From positions 64,001 through 128,000 of IMG/VR virus record IMGVR_UViG_3300020577_005688: a stretch of 64,000 bases of DNA; one strand, written 5' to 3'. Shown one piece after another: positions 18,943 to 28,400 of this stretch. Positions within the stretch are counted from its first letter, which is position 1. Each line of letters opens with the position of its first letter. A model generated the notes under the pieces. That model searched no databases and was not told where the DNA came from. It saw only the letters and a list, made by a program, of their open reading frames with translations. This DNA comes from a virus. Taxonomy: Duplodnaviria; Caudoviricetes. Both the position numbers and the translations under genes were made by a program.

Positions 18943-19521
18943 ATGCCATCTCTCGGTATGGTGAGAATTGCAGAACCGATGGATATGGATACTGGACTCA
19001 AGCAACTGGACGTTGCTGAGGACGTTCAGAGAGCAGTTCTGGAGAAAGGGTATTTGATTCAGAACCGTCCGGGCTCTGGCTTCATCGGAATCTTGCCCGA
19101 CTCCATTACAACCCTCGACGATGACGAACTCGGCGAACTGCTCAACAAACTCAGCGGTTGGGGTGCATACGTTCAATCAGACCTTGTTGCGGCTGAGACC
19201 AAGATGCAGGTCGTGAAGGAGCAGTTGGAGTTCATCCAAAGTCAGATTCGAATTGCTGTGCGAGCTCAAGAAGGAAAGATGACCGCACAGGATAAGACGG
19301 ACATGATGAACACGCACCCAAAGGTGGTTGAGGCAAAGGCAAGGTACATCTACTGCTACAGCTACTACGAGTACGTGAAGGCTATCCGAGACAAAGCCCA
19401 GAAGGACTGGGAGACCGTGTCACGTCGAATCACTCAACGTGGGCAGGGCATCGACCGAGCCAGAAGAGCAGAGAGTGTCGCGAACGTAAGCCCTCAGTTC
19501 ACAAAAGCGTTCCGGAGATAA
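18943..19521 (+). CDS. Helical UvsY-like recombination mediator (tentative)
   Basis: All-helical coiled-coil profile; located in the recA/nuclease cluster. Confidence 0.4.
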   Translation: MPSLGMVRIAEPMDMDTGLKQLDVAEDVQRAVLEKGYLIQNRPGSGFIGILPDSITTLDDDELGELLNKLSGWGAYVQSDLVAAETKMQVVKEQLEFIQSQIRIAVRAQEGKMTAQDKTDMMNTHPKVVEAKARYIYCYSYYEYVKAIRDKAQKDWETVSRRITQRGQGIDRARRAESVANVSPQFTKAFRR

Positions 19522-19524
19522 CAG

Positions 19525-20163
19525 ATGATCGTCTGTATTGAGGGAATCGATGGCTGCGGAAAGTCAACGCAAGCGGCCCTCTTGACCAAGTACCTTGGGG
19601 CGAAGTTCTTCAAGTTCCCAAACAAGGATTCACCAACTGGGAAACTCATCTACGAACACCTCGAACACAGGTGGAACGCAAAGTTCAGTGAAGAGGAAAA
19701 GAGAAGTGTCTTTGAGGAGCACAATCTCAATGCACTTATCTTCCAAGCACTGCAAGTTGCCAATCGAATGGAGCTCGCAGTTGAGTTGAGCAAACTGAAG
19801 AGCAAGAACGTTGTCTTGGACCGGTACTGGCCGAGTGGGTATGCCTACGGTAAGGCAGATGGACTTGATGGACAGTACCTCATCGACCTTCACGAGTACC
19901 TCCCACAGCCTGACTTGTTTCTTCTGCTAGATGTTGACCTCAAGGATAGCTCTGAGAGGCGGCCGGAAAGGCGGGACCGTTACGAGAAGAATCCGGGTCT
20001 CTTGGAGAAGGTCGTAACCAACTATCGAATGCTGTGGCAGACGATGGCTCAGTCTCAGCCCTCGAAGTGGATGGTCATTGATGCTAGGAAGTCAAAAGAG
20101 GAAACGACTTCTGCAATCAACCAAGCCATCGCAGAGTGGCGAATGAGAAACTCGGAGACGTAA
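19525..20163 (+). CDS. tmk: Thymidylate kinase
   Basis: IEGIDGCGKSTQ, FP, LDRY..SG.AYG, PDLFLLLDVD, ..RYE. Confidence 0.93.
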   Translation: MIVCIEGIDGCGKSTQAALLTKYLGAKFFKFPNKDSPTGKLIYEHLEHRWNAKFSEEEKRSVFEEHNLNALIFQALQVANRMELAVELSKLKSKNVVLDRYWPSGYAYGKADGLDGQYLIDLHEYLPQPDLFLLLDVDLKDSSERRPERRDRYEKNPGLLEKVVTNYRMLWQTMAQSQPSKWMVIDARKSKEETTSAINQAIAEWRMRNSET

Positions 20164-20166
20164 ACC

Positions 20167-20433
20167 ATGACTCTTCAACCAGACTGGCTCAAGAGATACT
20201 ACGGAGATTCCTTTGCCGAACTGAATCCTGATGTTGTTACTGAGGGGAATCAGTGGGCTATTGTGAAACTCAATCGAGTTGCGGAACGCGGCTACCGAGG
20301 AATCGGCTATGTCCTGATTAAGAAGAACGGCTCACATGCTTCTTCGAATTACCACATCCTCGGAGAAGGAGTTCAGACGTTCGAGGCAATGCTGAAGATG
20401 AAAGAGAAGTTGAACGAGATTGACTCCCAATAG
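20167..20433 (+). CDS. Hypothetical protein
   Basis: 88 aa ORF with GGAG SD, in the operon. Confidence 0.6.
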   Translation: MTLQPDWLKRYYGDSFAELNPDVVTEGNQWAIVKLNRVAERGYRGIGYVLIKKNGSHASSNYHILGEGVQTFEAMLKMKEKLNEIDSQ

Positions 20434-20441
20434 GAGAGAAC

Positions 20442-21305
20442 GTGGAAAAAGGTCATGTGATTGATGTGCTCGACCACGGGTACGTGAAGTACGTAGACTC
20501 GATGGGCTCAGATGAGAATGTCATCGAAGCAGCTCGAATGAGCACCGGAAGAGGCTTCGAAGGCTGGGAAAAAGATGCCGGGCTTCTCGATTTTCTCTGG
20601 AGAAAGAAACACTCAACTCCGTTCGAGATGGTGGAACTTGCCTTGGAAATTCAGGCACCCATCATGGTCTTCCGAGAGTGGCAACGACACAGAACCCAAA
20701 GCTACAATGAGTTCTCTGCTCGTTACTCACAGATGCCGAACCTTCACTACCTGCCAGACGCAAGTCGTCTGAAGAAGCAGAGCTCAACCAACAAGCAGGG
20801 TACTGGAGACGAAGAGTTCCCCCAAGAGTACATCGACATGACGTTGGAGGAACTTGAGTACGAGCAGAAGCAGACGTACAGCCACTACGAACAGATGTTG
20901 ACTGAGGGTGTGGCGAAGGAGATTGCTCGACTCAATACTCCCGTCAGTCGGTACTCAAAGATGCGGGCCAAGGCCAACCTCAAAAACTGGCTTGGGTTTT
21001 TGAACTTGCGTCTTCGACCAAACGCTCAGTTCGAGATTCGAGTGTTTGCTGAACCTGTTGCTGACATCATCCGGAAGCTCTTCCCAAGGTCATACGACCT
21101 TTTCGAAGAGTACGACCTCTACGGCGTTTCCTTCTCAAGAACGGAGATGGCTGCAATCCGAGATGTCATCAAGACCATCCAGATGTCTCGTCGAGACATG
21201 ATGGAACCATTCGTCACGAGTGCGAAGAAGCACAACATCGATGGACGGAAGTTGCAGGAGTTCATCGAGAAACTCGAAAAGGGTGGACTGGAGATTCTGT
21301 CGTGA
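20442..21305 (+). CDS. thyX: Flavin-dependent thymidylate synthase ThyX
   Basis: HSTPFE, signature RHRTQSYNEFSARY, EIAR, NLKNWLGFLNLR...AQFEIR. Confidence 0.95.
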   Translation: MEKGHVIDVLDHGYVKYVDSMGSDENVIEAARMSTGRGFEGWEKDAGLLDFLWRKKHSTPFEMVELALEIQAPIMVFREWQRHRTQSYNEFSARYSQMPNLHYLPDASRLKKQSSTNKQGTGDEEFPQEYIDMTLEELEYEQKQTYSHYEQMLTEGVAKEIARLNTPVSRYSKMRAKANLKNWLGFLNLRLRPNAQFEIRVFAEPVADIIRKLFPRSYDLFEEYDLYGVSFSRTEMAAIRDVIKTIQMSRRDMMEPFVTSAKKHNIDGRKLQEFIEKLEKGGLEILS

Positions 21306-21760
21306 GTGGGGAGAAGAAGTACAGGCAGTACATGAAGATGGTGTACCCAGTGCTTCCTCCGACCTCGAACAAAATCTACTACCGAGGAACCATCCTCACA
21401 GGCGTATCCAGGGAGTACGCAGAATCTTTCGCTGCCTGGGCTGCGAAGAACCACCTGCATGAGATCAATGAGCTCAATCCAGATGGACTCTTCGCGCTCC
21501 ATCTTCGCTTCTTCTTCAACACTCTCGTGAATGAGACCTACCAAAACGAGAACTTCCCTCCGTCAAAGAGAGCGAAGGAGAGGTATAAGAGGATAGACCT
21601 GACGAACAGGATTAAGCTTCTTGAGGACTGCGTTCGAGATGCAATCGATATCGATGACTCTCGAACATTCGCAGCATCTCAAGAGAAGCATCAAGACCCA
21701 GATAAGGAAAGGGTCGAGATTGAGATTGAGGAGGTCAGCCCAAAGCTGTTCGGGGTCTAG
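21302..21760 (+). CDS. RusA-like endodeoxyribonuclease
   Basis: PPTSN, DLTNRIKLLEDCV...IDDS. Confidence 0.75.
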   Translation: MSGEKKYRQYMKMVYPVLPPTSNKIYYRGTILTGVSREYAESFAAWAAKNHLHEINELNPDGLFALHLRFFFNTLVNETYQNENFPPSKRAKERYKRIDLTNRIKLLEDCVRDAIDIDDSRTFAASQEKHQDPDKERVEIEIEEVSPKLFGV

Positions 21761-21772
21761 TAAAGGACACCT

Positions 21773-22189
21773 TTGAGCGAAGACAAGAAGGTCATTCTTG
21801 GGGAAGTTTCAAAGTACTCGAACTGCCGACCCATCAAAGAAGACCCACACATCATTGAAGCCAAGCACAAGTCCATGTGCCTCATGAGACTCCGTGCTGA
21901 GTGCCACACTTGTCCGAACAGTAAGTTCACTCTTCTTTTCGACGTTCCAGAGAAGCGTTTGGAACAAGTGATGTGCCCTCGTTGGAAAGACGTAAGAGAG
22001 TTGTGGCAGGGAAAGAACCCAGAGTCCTACGTTGTAACGGAGCTTGCGACCTGCAAAGAGAGACCATTCCCATTCTGCGGCTCGTGTCCATCCGTCGAAG
22101 AACTCAACGACCTTGGAATCGACAAGACGAAGGATGGGTGGTTATCGAGATGGAAGCGCTTCAGAGATGAAGATGCATTGGAGGAATGA
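21773..22189 (+). CDS. Cys-rich hypothetical protein
   Basis: C...C...CHTC...C...C...CGSC. Confidence 0.6.
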   Translation: MSEDKKVILGEVSKYSNCRPIKEDPHIIEAKHKSMCLMRLRAECHTCPNSKFTLLFDVPEKRLEQVMCPRWKDVRELWQGKNPESYVVTELATCKERPFPFCGSCPSVEELNDLGIDKTKDGWLSRWKRFRDEDALEE

Positions 22190-22509
22190 TGGACGACTCA
22201 CTCTTGTGGGAGTGCAACGAGACTGAACTCCTGCATCTTGCTTATGAGCAGGGCCTCGGACGGTTGAAAGTGGGCCTCCCAAAGGAGACTCTCTTTCAAA
22301 TCGTCCGTGGTGAAATCAACCCATCACCAGAGCACCTCTCGGAAACGAAGAACACGAGGGAGTTGCTTGAGAAGTTCATCGAGCGCCACTGGGAGAAGAC
22401 CCGTAGCCAACTTCCTGGGTGCAATGGAAAATGTACTTCTTATCCTTGCTCTGATGGACGTCATGGGGCATGTTACGCGCCCAACAAACACCTCGTGAGT
22501 CTCGGATGA
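22186..22509 (+). CDS. Hypothetical protein, HeH-like N-terminus and Cys-rich C-terminus
   Basis: GGAGG SD; NETELLHLA..QGLG...LPKETLFQIV; GCNGKCTSYPC...C. Confidence 0.6.
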   Translation: MMDDSLLWECNETELLHLAYEQGLGRLKVGLPKETLFQIVRGEINPSPEHLSETKNTRELLEKFIERHWEKTRSQLPGCNGKCTSYPCSDGRHGACYAPNKHLVSLG

Positions 22510-22721
22510 GGGGCTACTGTCTTAGCTGTACGCGAATCGCAGACTGTAATGAAACAGATGTAGAGAAGGTGAAGTCAGACTACACGTGCCTCAGGTACGA
22601 GCCAGTCGAAGAAGCGGTGTTTCGTGCGAGAGAGTTCACCATCGCAAAGTACGGAGACTCTCTCGCAATTCAGGCCATGCTGAATCGGCCATTACTCTCC
22701 AAAGGAGAAGATGATGAGTGA
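22506..22721 (+). CDS. Small Cys-rich protein
   Basis: ATGA overlap; MRGYCLSCTRIADC...C. Confidence 0.6.
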   Translation: MRGYCLSCTRIADCNETDVEKVKSDYTCLRYEPVEEAVFRAREFTIAKYGDSLAIQAMLNRPLLSKGEDDE

Positions 22722-23772
22722 GGGCATTAAGCTTCCTCCCGAGACTACGGGTCAAAAGTACTCGGAAAGGGAGCAAGCGTTCAAGAACTGTACGTTCTTT
22801 ACGCTTCGAAAAGTTGCAACGGAAGGTCTGAAGATCGACACGGGTCAGACCATCTACGTAAACGCGGACGGGAAACCGTTCTGCGACTACAACGACACCA
22901 TCCGTGACCGCAATCTCGTTCGACAGAGGATCCTCGACTACGAGCTTGCCCAAGGTTGGATTGTCGATGACCGTGGGGCACAACAAGCTGTTGCTCAAAT
23001 CGTCCAACCCGTTCCTCAACCCGCTGTTCCTGTGCAGGAGACCATGTCAACTGTTCCAACTGTTCCCATCGCTGCTGCAATGATGACCATCAACTCCGCA
23101 CCGGCTCCTACTCCACAGCCTCAACCGCAGCCACCTCCTGCAAGCGATGCCGGAGCTCCCACTGGAAAGAAGCGCCCCGGACCTCGTCTTCCTTCTGCAG
23201 TTGCCCCTCCGACAACGGCAGTCGCACAACCACAACCGCCTCCAGGAGCAATGACGGTTCACGCACCCGTCGTCACTCCCGCCCCTGTTCAGGCAACTGC
23301 CACGATGACACCAACCATCATCGTGCCGGAGCAGACCCAAGTGCAGCCGTTCACTCCTCCCACTGCGATGCCAGCTCCTGTCTCAGTGAGGCCGTTCACT
23401 GTTCCTGCCGCCCCAGTTGCACAGGCTCCAGTGGCCGCCCCAGCCGCTCCTGCGGGTTCCGACAAGAAGCTGGACGCCATCGGAAGTGGTCTCGAAATCA
23501 TCTCAAGGGATGTCGAGTCACACCGGAAGGACTTCTCCCAGTTCGTCAGCAACATGTCGGAGCAGGTCAACACCAACAACAAGAGCATCAAGGCACATGA
23601 TGAGGCCCTGAAGGAAATCCAGAGAAGCCTCGATATTGTGTTGACTGCGATTCACCACATCTACCTCACCATTCCTGGACTCCAGGCTGGGGCAGTTGAG
23701 GCGAAGGCCAACATCGGAACAGCTCCTGAGTTCCGAGAGTACATCGCGAAGTTCACTGTTCCGCGCCCTTAA
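22711..23772 (+). CDS. Pro/Ala/Gln-rich protein with C-terminal coiled coil; probable -1 frameshift extension to 24005
   Basis: AGGAG SD; long disordered linker; ends CGC CCT TAA. Confidence 0.7.
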   Translation: MMSEGIKLPPETTGQKYSEREQAFKNCTFFTLRKVATEGLKIDTGQTIYVNADGKPFCDYNDTIRDRNLVRQRILDYELAQGWIVDDRGAQQAVAQIVQPVPQPAVPVQETMSTVPTVPIAAAMMTINSAPAPTPQPQPQPPPASDAGAPTGKKRPGPRLPSAVAPPTTAVAQPQPPPGAMTVHAPVVTPAPVQATATMTPTIIVPEQTQVQPFTPPTAMPAPVSVRPFTVPAAPVAQAPVAAPAAPAGSDKKLDAIGSGLEIISRDVESHRKDFSQFVSNMSEQVNTNNKSIKAHDEALKEIQRSLDIVLTAIHHIYLTIPGLQAGAVEAKANIGTAPEFREYIAKFTVPRP

Positions 23773-24005
23773 GTGGGACGCAGCAACAGCCTCAGCAGGA
23801 GCCAACAGTTCCTGCTGGACTGCGTCCAAACACTCAACAACCAACAACCTTGTTGGAAGTTGCGGCTGAGGATTTGTGGAAACTGACGAATGCCCAGCTC
23901 ATCGAGTTTGCTGAGATGGCGCTGGGGATTCTCATCAAGCCAGATGAAGAGCGTTCCACCATCATGAGGAAGCTCGTGAACGCAGCATCTGGGATTCGAA
24001 AGTAG
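23766..24005 (+). CDS. Putative -1 frameshift extension (78 aa, HeH/Rho-N-like domain)
   Basis: Open -1 frame CCC TTA AGT...AAG TAG with no SD-supported start of its own; a terminator follows its stop. Confidence 0.55.
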   Translation, partial: PLSGTQQQPQQEPTVPAGLRPNTQQPTTLLEVAAEDLWKLTNAQLIEFAEMALGILIKPDEERSTIMRKLVNAASGIRK

Positions 24006-24007
24006 AG

Positions 24008-24042
24008 GAAAGGGCCTCGGTTCAATGAGGCCCTTTCTTTTT
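24008..24042 (+). terminator. Intrinsic terminator between convergent blocks
   Basis: GAAAGGGCCTC pairs with GAGGCCCTTTC, followed by TTTTT. Confidence 0.8.
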
Positions 24043-24298
24043 AGCTTTCATCCTCATGACCAAAGAGCCATTTCGGAAGACCGGTGTCGTTGATGCCGCG
24101 TACGACAACCTTACGACCAGTGACAGTGTCCTGCAGAAGGATCTCAAGAGGCGTGATATCGACCACGGTCGTCGTGTGGTTCGATAGAACTGTTCTCTCC
24201 ATATGCGTCAACAACTGCTGCGAATCCGCCCAGTAGATGACCAACGTGGCGAGTTTCTCCTGATTCCCAACCCCTAGCAACCGCTCCTTGATTCCCAT
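24041..24298 (-). CDS. Hypothetical protein
   Basis: 85 aa; AAGGAG SD upstream. Confidence 0.6.
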   Translation of the reverse strand: MGIKERLLGVGNQEKLATLVIYWADSQQLLTHMERTVLSNHTTTVVDITPLEILLQDTVTGRKVVVRGINDTGLPKWLFGHEDES

Positions 24299-24349
24299 AG
24301 AAGAACTCCTTCCACAGAGCCAAAGAGCTCTCTGCGATGTCGTACGAGT

Positions 24350-24649
24350 TTAGTATCCAGAGGGAATTCCACCATCAGAAGGACCACAACGAATCCAGGC
24401 CTCCTTCGCATAACGACGAAGTGCTCTTGTGTTTCTTTCAAGAGCACTCCCGGCACTGGAATCGAGACAGTAAGCGAACTCCAGAGGGCAGTTCGCTTCA
24501 CTGTCATTTACCGCTTCGAAGCTCGGAGGCGGCTCCGTCAGACAGTTCTCACGTGGAGGAAGAATTACTTCCTTCCGACACAGTGAACAGCTTACGAAGA
24601 CGAGAGCGGACGACAGCAGGATCGCGACATGACTCAAGGTCTTTCTCAA
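24350..24649 (-). CDS. Putative o-spanin lipoprotein
   Basis: Basic N-terminus, hydrophobic stretch, lipobox-like LVFVSC, Pro/Cys-rich; overlaps the 3' end of the i-spanin in another frame. Confidence 0.6.
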   Translation of the reverse strand: MRKTLSHVAILLSSALVFVSCSLCRKEVILPPRENCLTEPPPSFEAVNDSEANCPLEFAYCLDSSAGSALERNTRALRRYAKEAWIRCGPSDGGIPSGY

Positions 24650-24872
24650 GGGTTTCGATCTCCTTTTTTAGCTCTGAGATCAAACTCTCGCGTCTTCCAA
24701 CCTCTCCGTCAAGTTTTGCCTGGATGTCGCCCTTCTCTTTGATGAGCTCTTTCTTTTCTGTCGTGAGAGAGCCGATCTCAGCCTTCTGAATTTTCACCTT
24801 CGAAACCATGGAGGCAGCAATCACACCTGCAATCGCTGCCAACACGGTCATGCCAAGAGCGAAGTAGAGCAT
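24549..24872 (-). CDS. Putative i-spanin
   Basis: Single N-terminal TM helix followed by a coiled coil with one Cys. Confidence 0.6.
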   Translation of the reverse strand: MLYFALGMTVLAAIAGVIAASMVSKVKIQKAEIGSLTTEKKELIKEKGDIQAKLDGEVGRRESLISELKKEIETLEKDLESCRDPAVVRSRLRKLFTVSEGSNSSST

Positions 24873-25483
24873 TAGGACACCGGCTTTGCCTCTTCAGGCT
24901 TTGGCTCAGCAGCCTTCTTCTCCTTAGCCGCCTTAATCCAATCATTGATGTCCTTCACGAGGCCCCAGAGAGCGGCTGCGGTGAGTGACACAGAAAGGAT
25001 TGGCTTCAGGAGAGCCCACGTAATTTTCTCTCCAGCCAGAAGCGAGAGACCAACTCCAGCACCAGTCGAGGTGAGGAAGTTCATCAACCAACCACCCGGC
25101 TTAGTATCCAAGAGGAACCAAAGAGGCTTATCGAGAGGACTCGTGTCTGGGAGGAAGTCGTGGAGACGCTTTCCGAAGACCTTGAGGAGGGCAACAATCA
25201 AGACGAGAAGAGCGGCTGCAGCTGCAACCCAGTCACCTGCCTTGACTGCATCGACAATCACTTTTACGAATACCATGGGATTGTCGAGAGTAGCTGGATT
25301 GATGACAGGAGCAGTTGGAACTCCGGCATCGACAACAACCCCAGCATCCACGATGTCATCAAGAACAACGGTCACGACACCGGCGTCAATCACGCCACCA
25401 GAGGACTCGATGACAACTCCAGAGTCTTCTGACGCAAAAGAGGCAGTTGAAATAAATGCACTGATAAAAAGATACCTGAACAT
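24872..25483 (-). CDS. Multi-pass membrane protein (holin-like) with signal peptide and DAG repeats
   Basis: About 3 hydrophobic segments, basic C-tail, next to the spanins; IDAG/VDAG x3. Confidence 0.5.
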   Translation of the reverse strand: MFRYLFISAFISTASFASEDSGVVIESSGGVIDAGVVTVVLDDIVDAGVVVDAGVPTAPVINPATLDNPMVFVKVIVDAVKAGDWVAAAAALLVLIVALLKVFGKRLHDFLPDTSPLDKPLWFLLDTKPGGWLMNFLTSTGAGVGLSLLAGEKITWALLKPILSVSLTAAALWGLVKDINDWIKAAKEKKAAEPKPEEAKPVS

Positions 25484-25495
25484 GACAATCTCCTT

Positions 25496-28400
25496 TTATG
25501 GAACGCTGTATGGTGCGGTTGTGGAGGCGATCTTAAAGGATGAGCCTTCGTAAGGGGAGCTATTTGCCTCCCAAGCCCCCGATGACCTCCTAAGAGTGTT
25601 TCCAGACCCCGCAATTTCGAGGGAGGACTCGAATCTCCAGTAGTGGTAAAAGATATCCTCAACAGGCGGTCCGATGAATGACTTGTTGTTTGGAATGATG
25701 CAGTGATTTGAAGAGATCGTAAAGTAGTCGTGATTACCAGAGGCCCCTCTTACACATGCATATCTGAAAGTCCCTCCAATCGCTGGGGCGCTTGCAAGAT
25801 CTTTGATCTCAATTCGATTTCCAACAATGTTAGCCCCATTCATGGATCCGAGAAAGACGATCCCATTTGCCATAGTGGCTACCCCTGAAACAGTGAGGTC
25901 TCCGACGAGGATAGCATTATTGCAAATGTGAAATGAGTTTCCGGTGTTAGATCCGTAATTGAAGAACTGAATTCCTGGGATGTCACGGGCGGTTCTAATT
26001 CGATTACCCTGAATTGAGAACCGCAGAGAGCTAGTATCTCCAGTAAAGTCGATTCCACCGTCGATGACGTTTCCATCCACAACCGCACGTTGGAGGAATA
26101 CAAAAGTCAAACGATTTGAGATCCTACAGGAAGACACTTGAGCATTGTTCGAAGTAATGGAAGTCCCAGAAGAAGAACTCAGAGAACAACCCGAGAGATT
26201 GACCTCACCTGCATTCGAGATCGTGAACTGACCTTCGAAGGAACATCCAGAGATGTTGAGGTAGTTCCCCGCAACTCCGGAAGACCCGAGAAGAGTGGTG
26301 CCGTTGACCTTCGACCCATCCATCACAAGTCGTCTATCGTGGATGCCATCAATCGAGAGGTTACCACCGATGTTGTTTCCAACAAACTGAATGTCTCCTC
26401 GAACTGTTGTGAAGGTAGAGTTCCCCCCAACTTGATTATTAGAGAACGTGAAATTGACGTCAGAGCCAGATGAGCTTGAGACGTTAAAGACACCAGAAGA
26501 AAAGTTCGAGTCTACCAAAGAAGGAACAGTGTACTCAGTAACGAGATACGAAAACGTAGCTCCCTCTGAGTGGTTACCTCTCACGATACCTGGCCCGTAA
26601 TTCGCGCTCAGAGTCTGGGCTCCTCCCGTCCCGTTCCAGTAGAAGCGGTTTCCCTCAACACGACCCCAAATACGGTCAATGAGAGAAGCCGCTCCTACCG
26701 CTGTCGTAGAGACAAATTCATTTCCAAGCCAAGCCATCCCAGTGCTTGAGGAGACTCCTCCACCGTTGTGAACCGGCTTTCCGAATGAAGAGATTCGGTT
26801 ATTCGAAATAGTGCAGTTTGAGTTGTCTCCGAACTGGATGCCCTTCCAAGACTTGGTTCCGAAGATGGACCTAAGGTCAACCGTGTTCGAGTTTACGACT
26901 GCTCCATTGCAACCGGAAAGGTAGATGCCGGTCATGTCCTGATTGGAGGCATCTGTTCCTCCGTCAGTTACAACGAGATTCTCAGAGCAGGTGACAGTGG
27001 ATGCAGACCCAAGTCGAATACCAAATCCAGAGGTGTTTGCCAGATCTGGATTTCCCATGAAGATCTGATTTCCAATGATGGTCAGTTGATCTGTAGTCCC
27101 TCCAAGGTCAGGAGTGATCCCATGGTAAGTTCCAAAAACGCCCCCAGAGATGCTGATAGCGTTTGAGAGAACCTCCACAAAGGTCGCTCCATCTCCAGTC
27201 TGGATGGCCGCGAAGAATCCGCCAGAAGTGTTAGCAGTGGAGTTTGTGAGGGCCGCAATCTGAATACGGTTGTTGGAGATGACAAGGAACGAAGTTGAGA
27301 GGGCGTTTCGAATCCCAACGTAGTACCCACCAGAGAGTGAGTTTCCTTCGATTCTACCACTGTCTCCAATTGGACGAATACCAGAGCCGGAGAACCCGGC
27401 AGCTGCAATGTCCTGCTGACTCAGAGTACAGCCTCGAACGACATTGGCGGTAACAGCGTAGTTGTTGAGAGGAGTGGTTGTGGTGAATGTACTGTTCTCA
27501 ACAACAGAAAGAACACCAAGGCTCAGAGCAACCGGAATGGTTCCAGAGGTCATGGTGAAATTACTCACCAATGTCCTCGCAGACGGGGCATTGACCAGAT
27601 AGCAAACATTGGTCGAGGGAGTCGAACCATTCGCCCAAGTCACATCACGGATAACGATGTGGGACGAGACGTTGGAAGCGATCAGGAATGAGTGACCTCC
27701 AGTCCATGCGGTGCTGCCGCCCCAAGAGCTAAGGAACCTGCAGTTCGACATGTAGAAAGTCGAACCGTTCCAGTTGTTAGGGCCAAGAGCACTGTAAACA
27801 AATCGAGGTGCAGCAGCTCCGGCACCTGCATAGGAGAAGGTCGAGTTCTCAACGCGGACCGTTGGGATTCCAGTGCCTGCCCCTCCAGTACAAGAAGACA
27901 GTCCTCTTGTGATGAAGGAGCAATCCTCGACAATAAGCTCTGAGACTGGCGCTTCGAATACGTCGTGAGCAACGACAGTTTCAAAAGAGCCAGTTGTCTG
28001 GATGAGGTTCTTGAGCTTGATTCTATCGACGGTGTTCCCAAGACCAGAAGAGTTGATAAATGACGACAGTCCGATCGGTGCTCCGAGACGGAGGTCTCGA
28101 ATCTCCAAGAACTTCACGTTGAACTCAAGACCAGTAATCAACGTCCCAAGGTCAATTGACACCTTTTCGTTGATGCCTCGAATGGTCAACCCAACCGTTG
28201 TAAACCTTGCGACTGGGGTGGACCCAGCCCAGGTGTTACTGACGAGGATGACCTCGAAGTGTGGGAAAGACCCACTGAGAGTAGTCGTCTCACCTGCATA
28301 GTTCGCTGAGATGTTTGAGATGAAGCTGGCGACTGCAGGAAGGTTTGCGAACTGACCACCCTCTCCAACAGTCAGAGGGATTGCTTTCTCTGCCCTCATT

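Noticed and set aside
15202-21305. Modified-base (e.g. dU, hmdU or dZ) DNA pathway
   Set aside because: UDG, ThyX and dTMP kinase point to ordinary thymine DNA; no PurZ, hydroxymethylase or glycosyltransferase is seen in this window.
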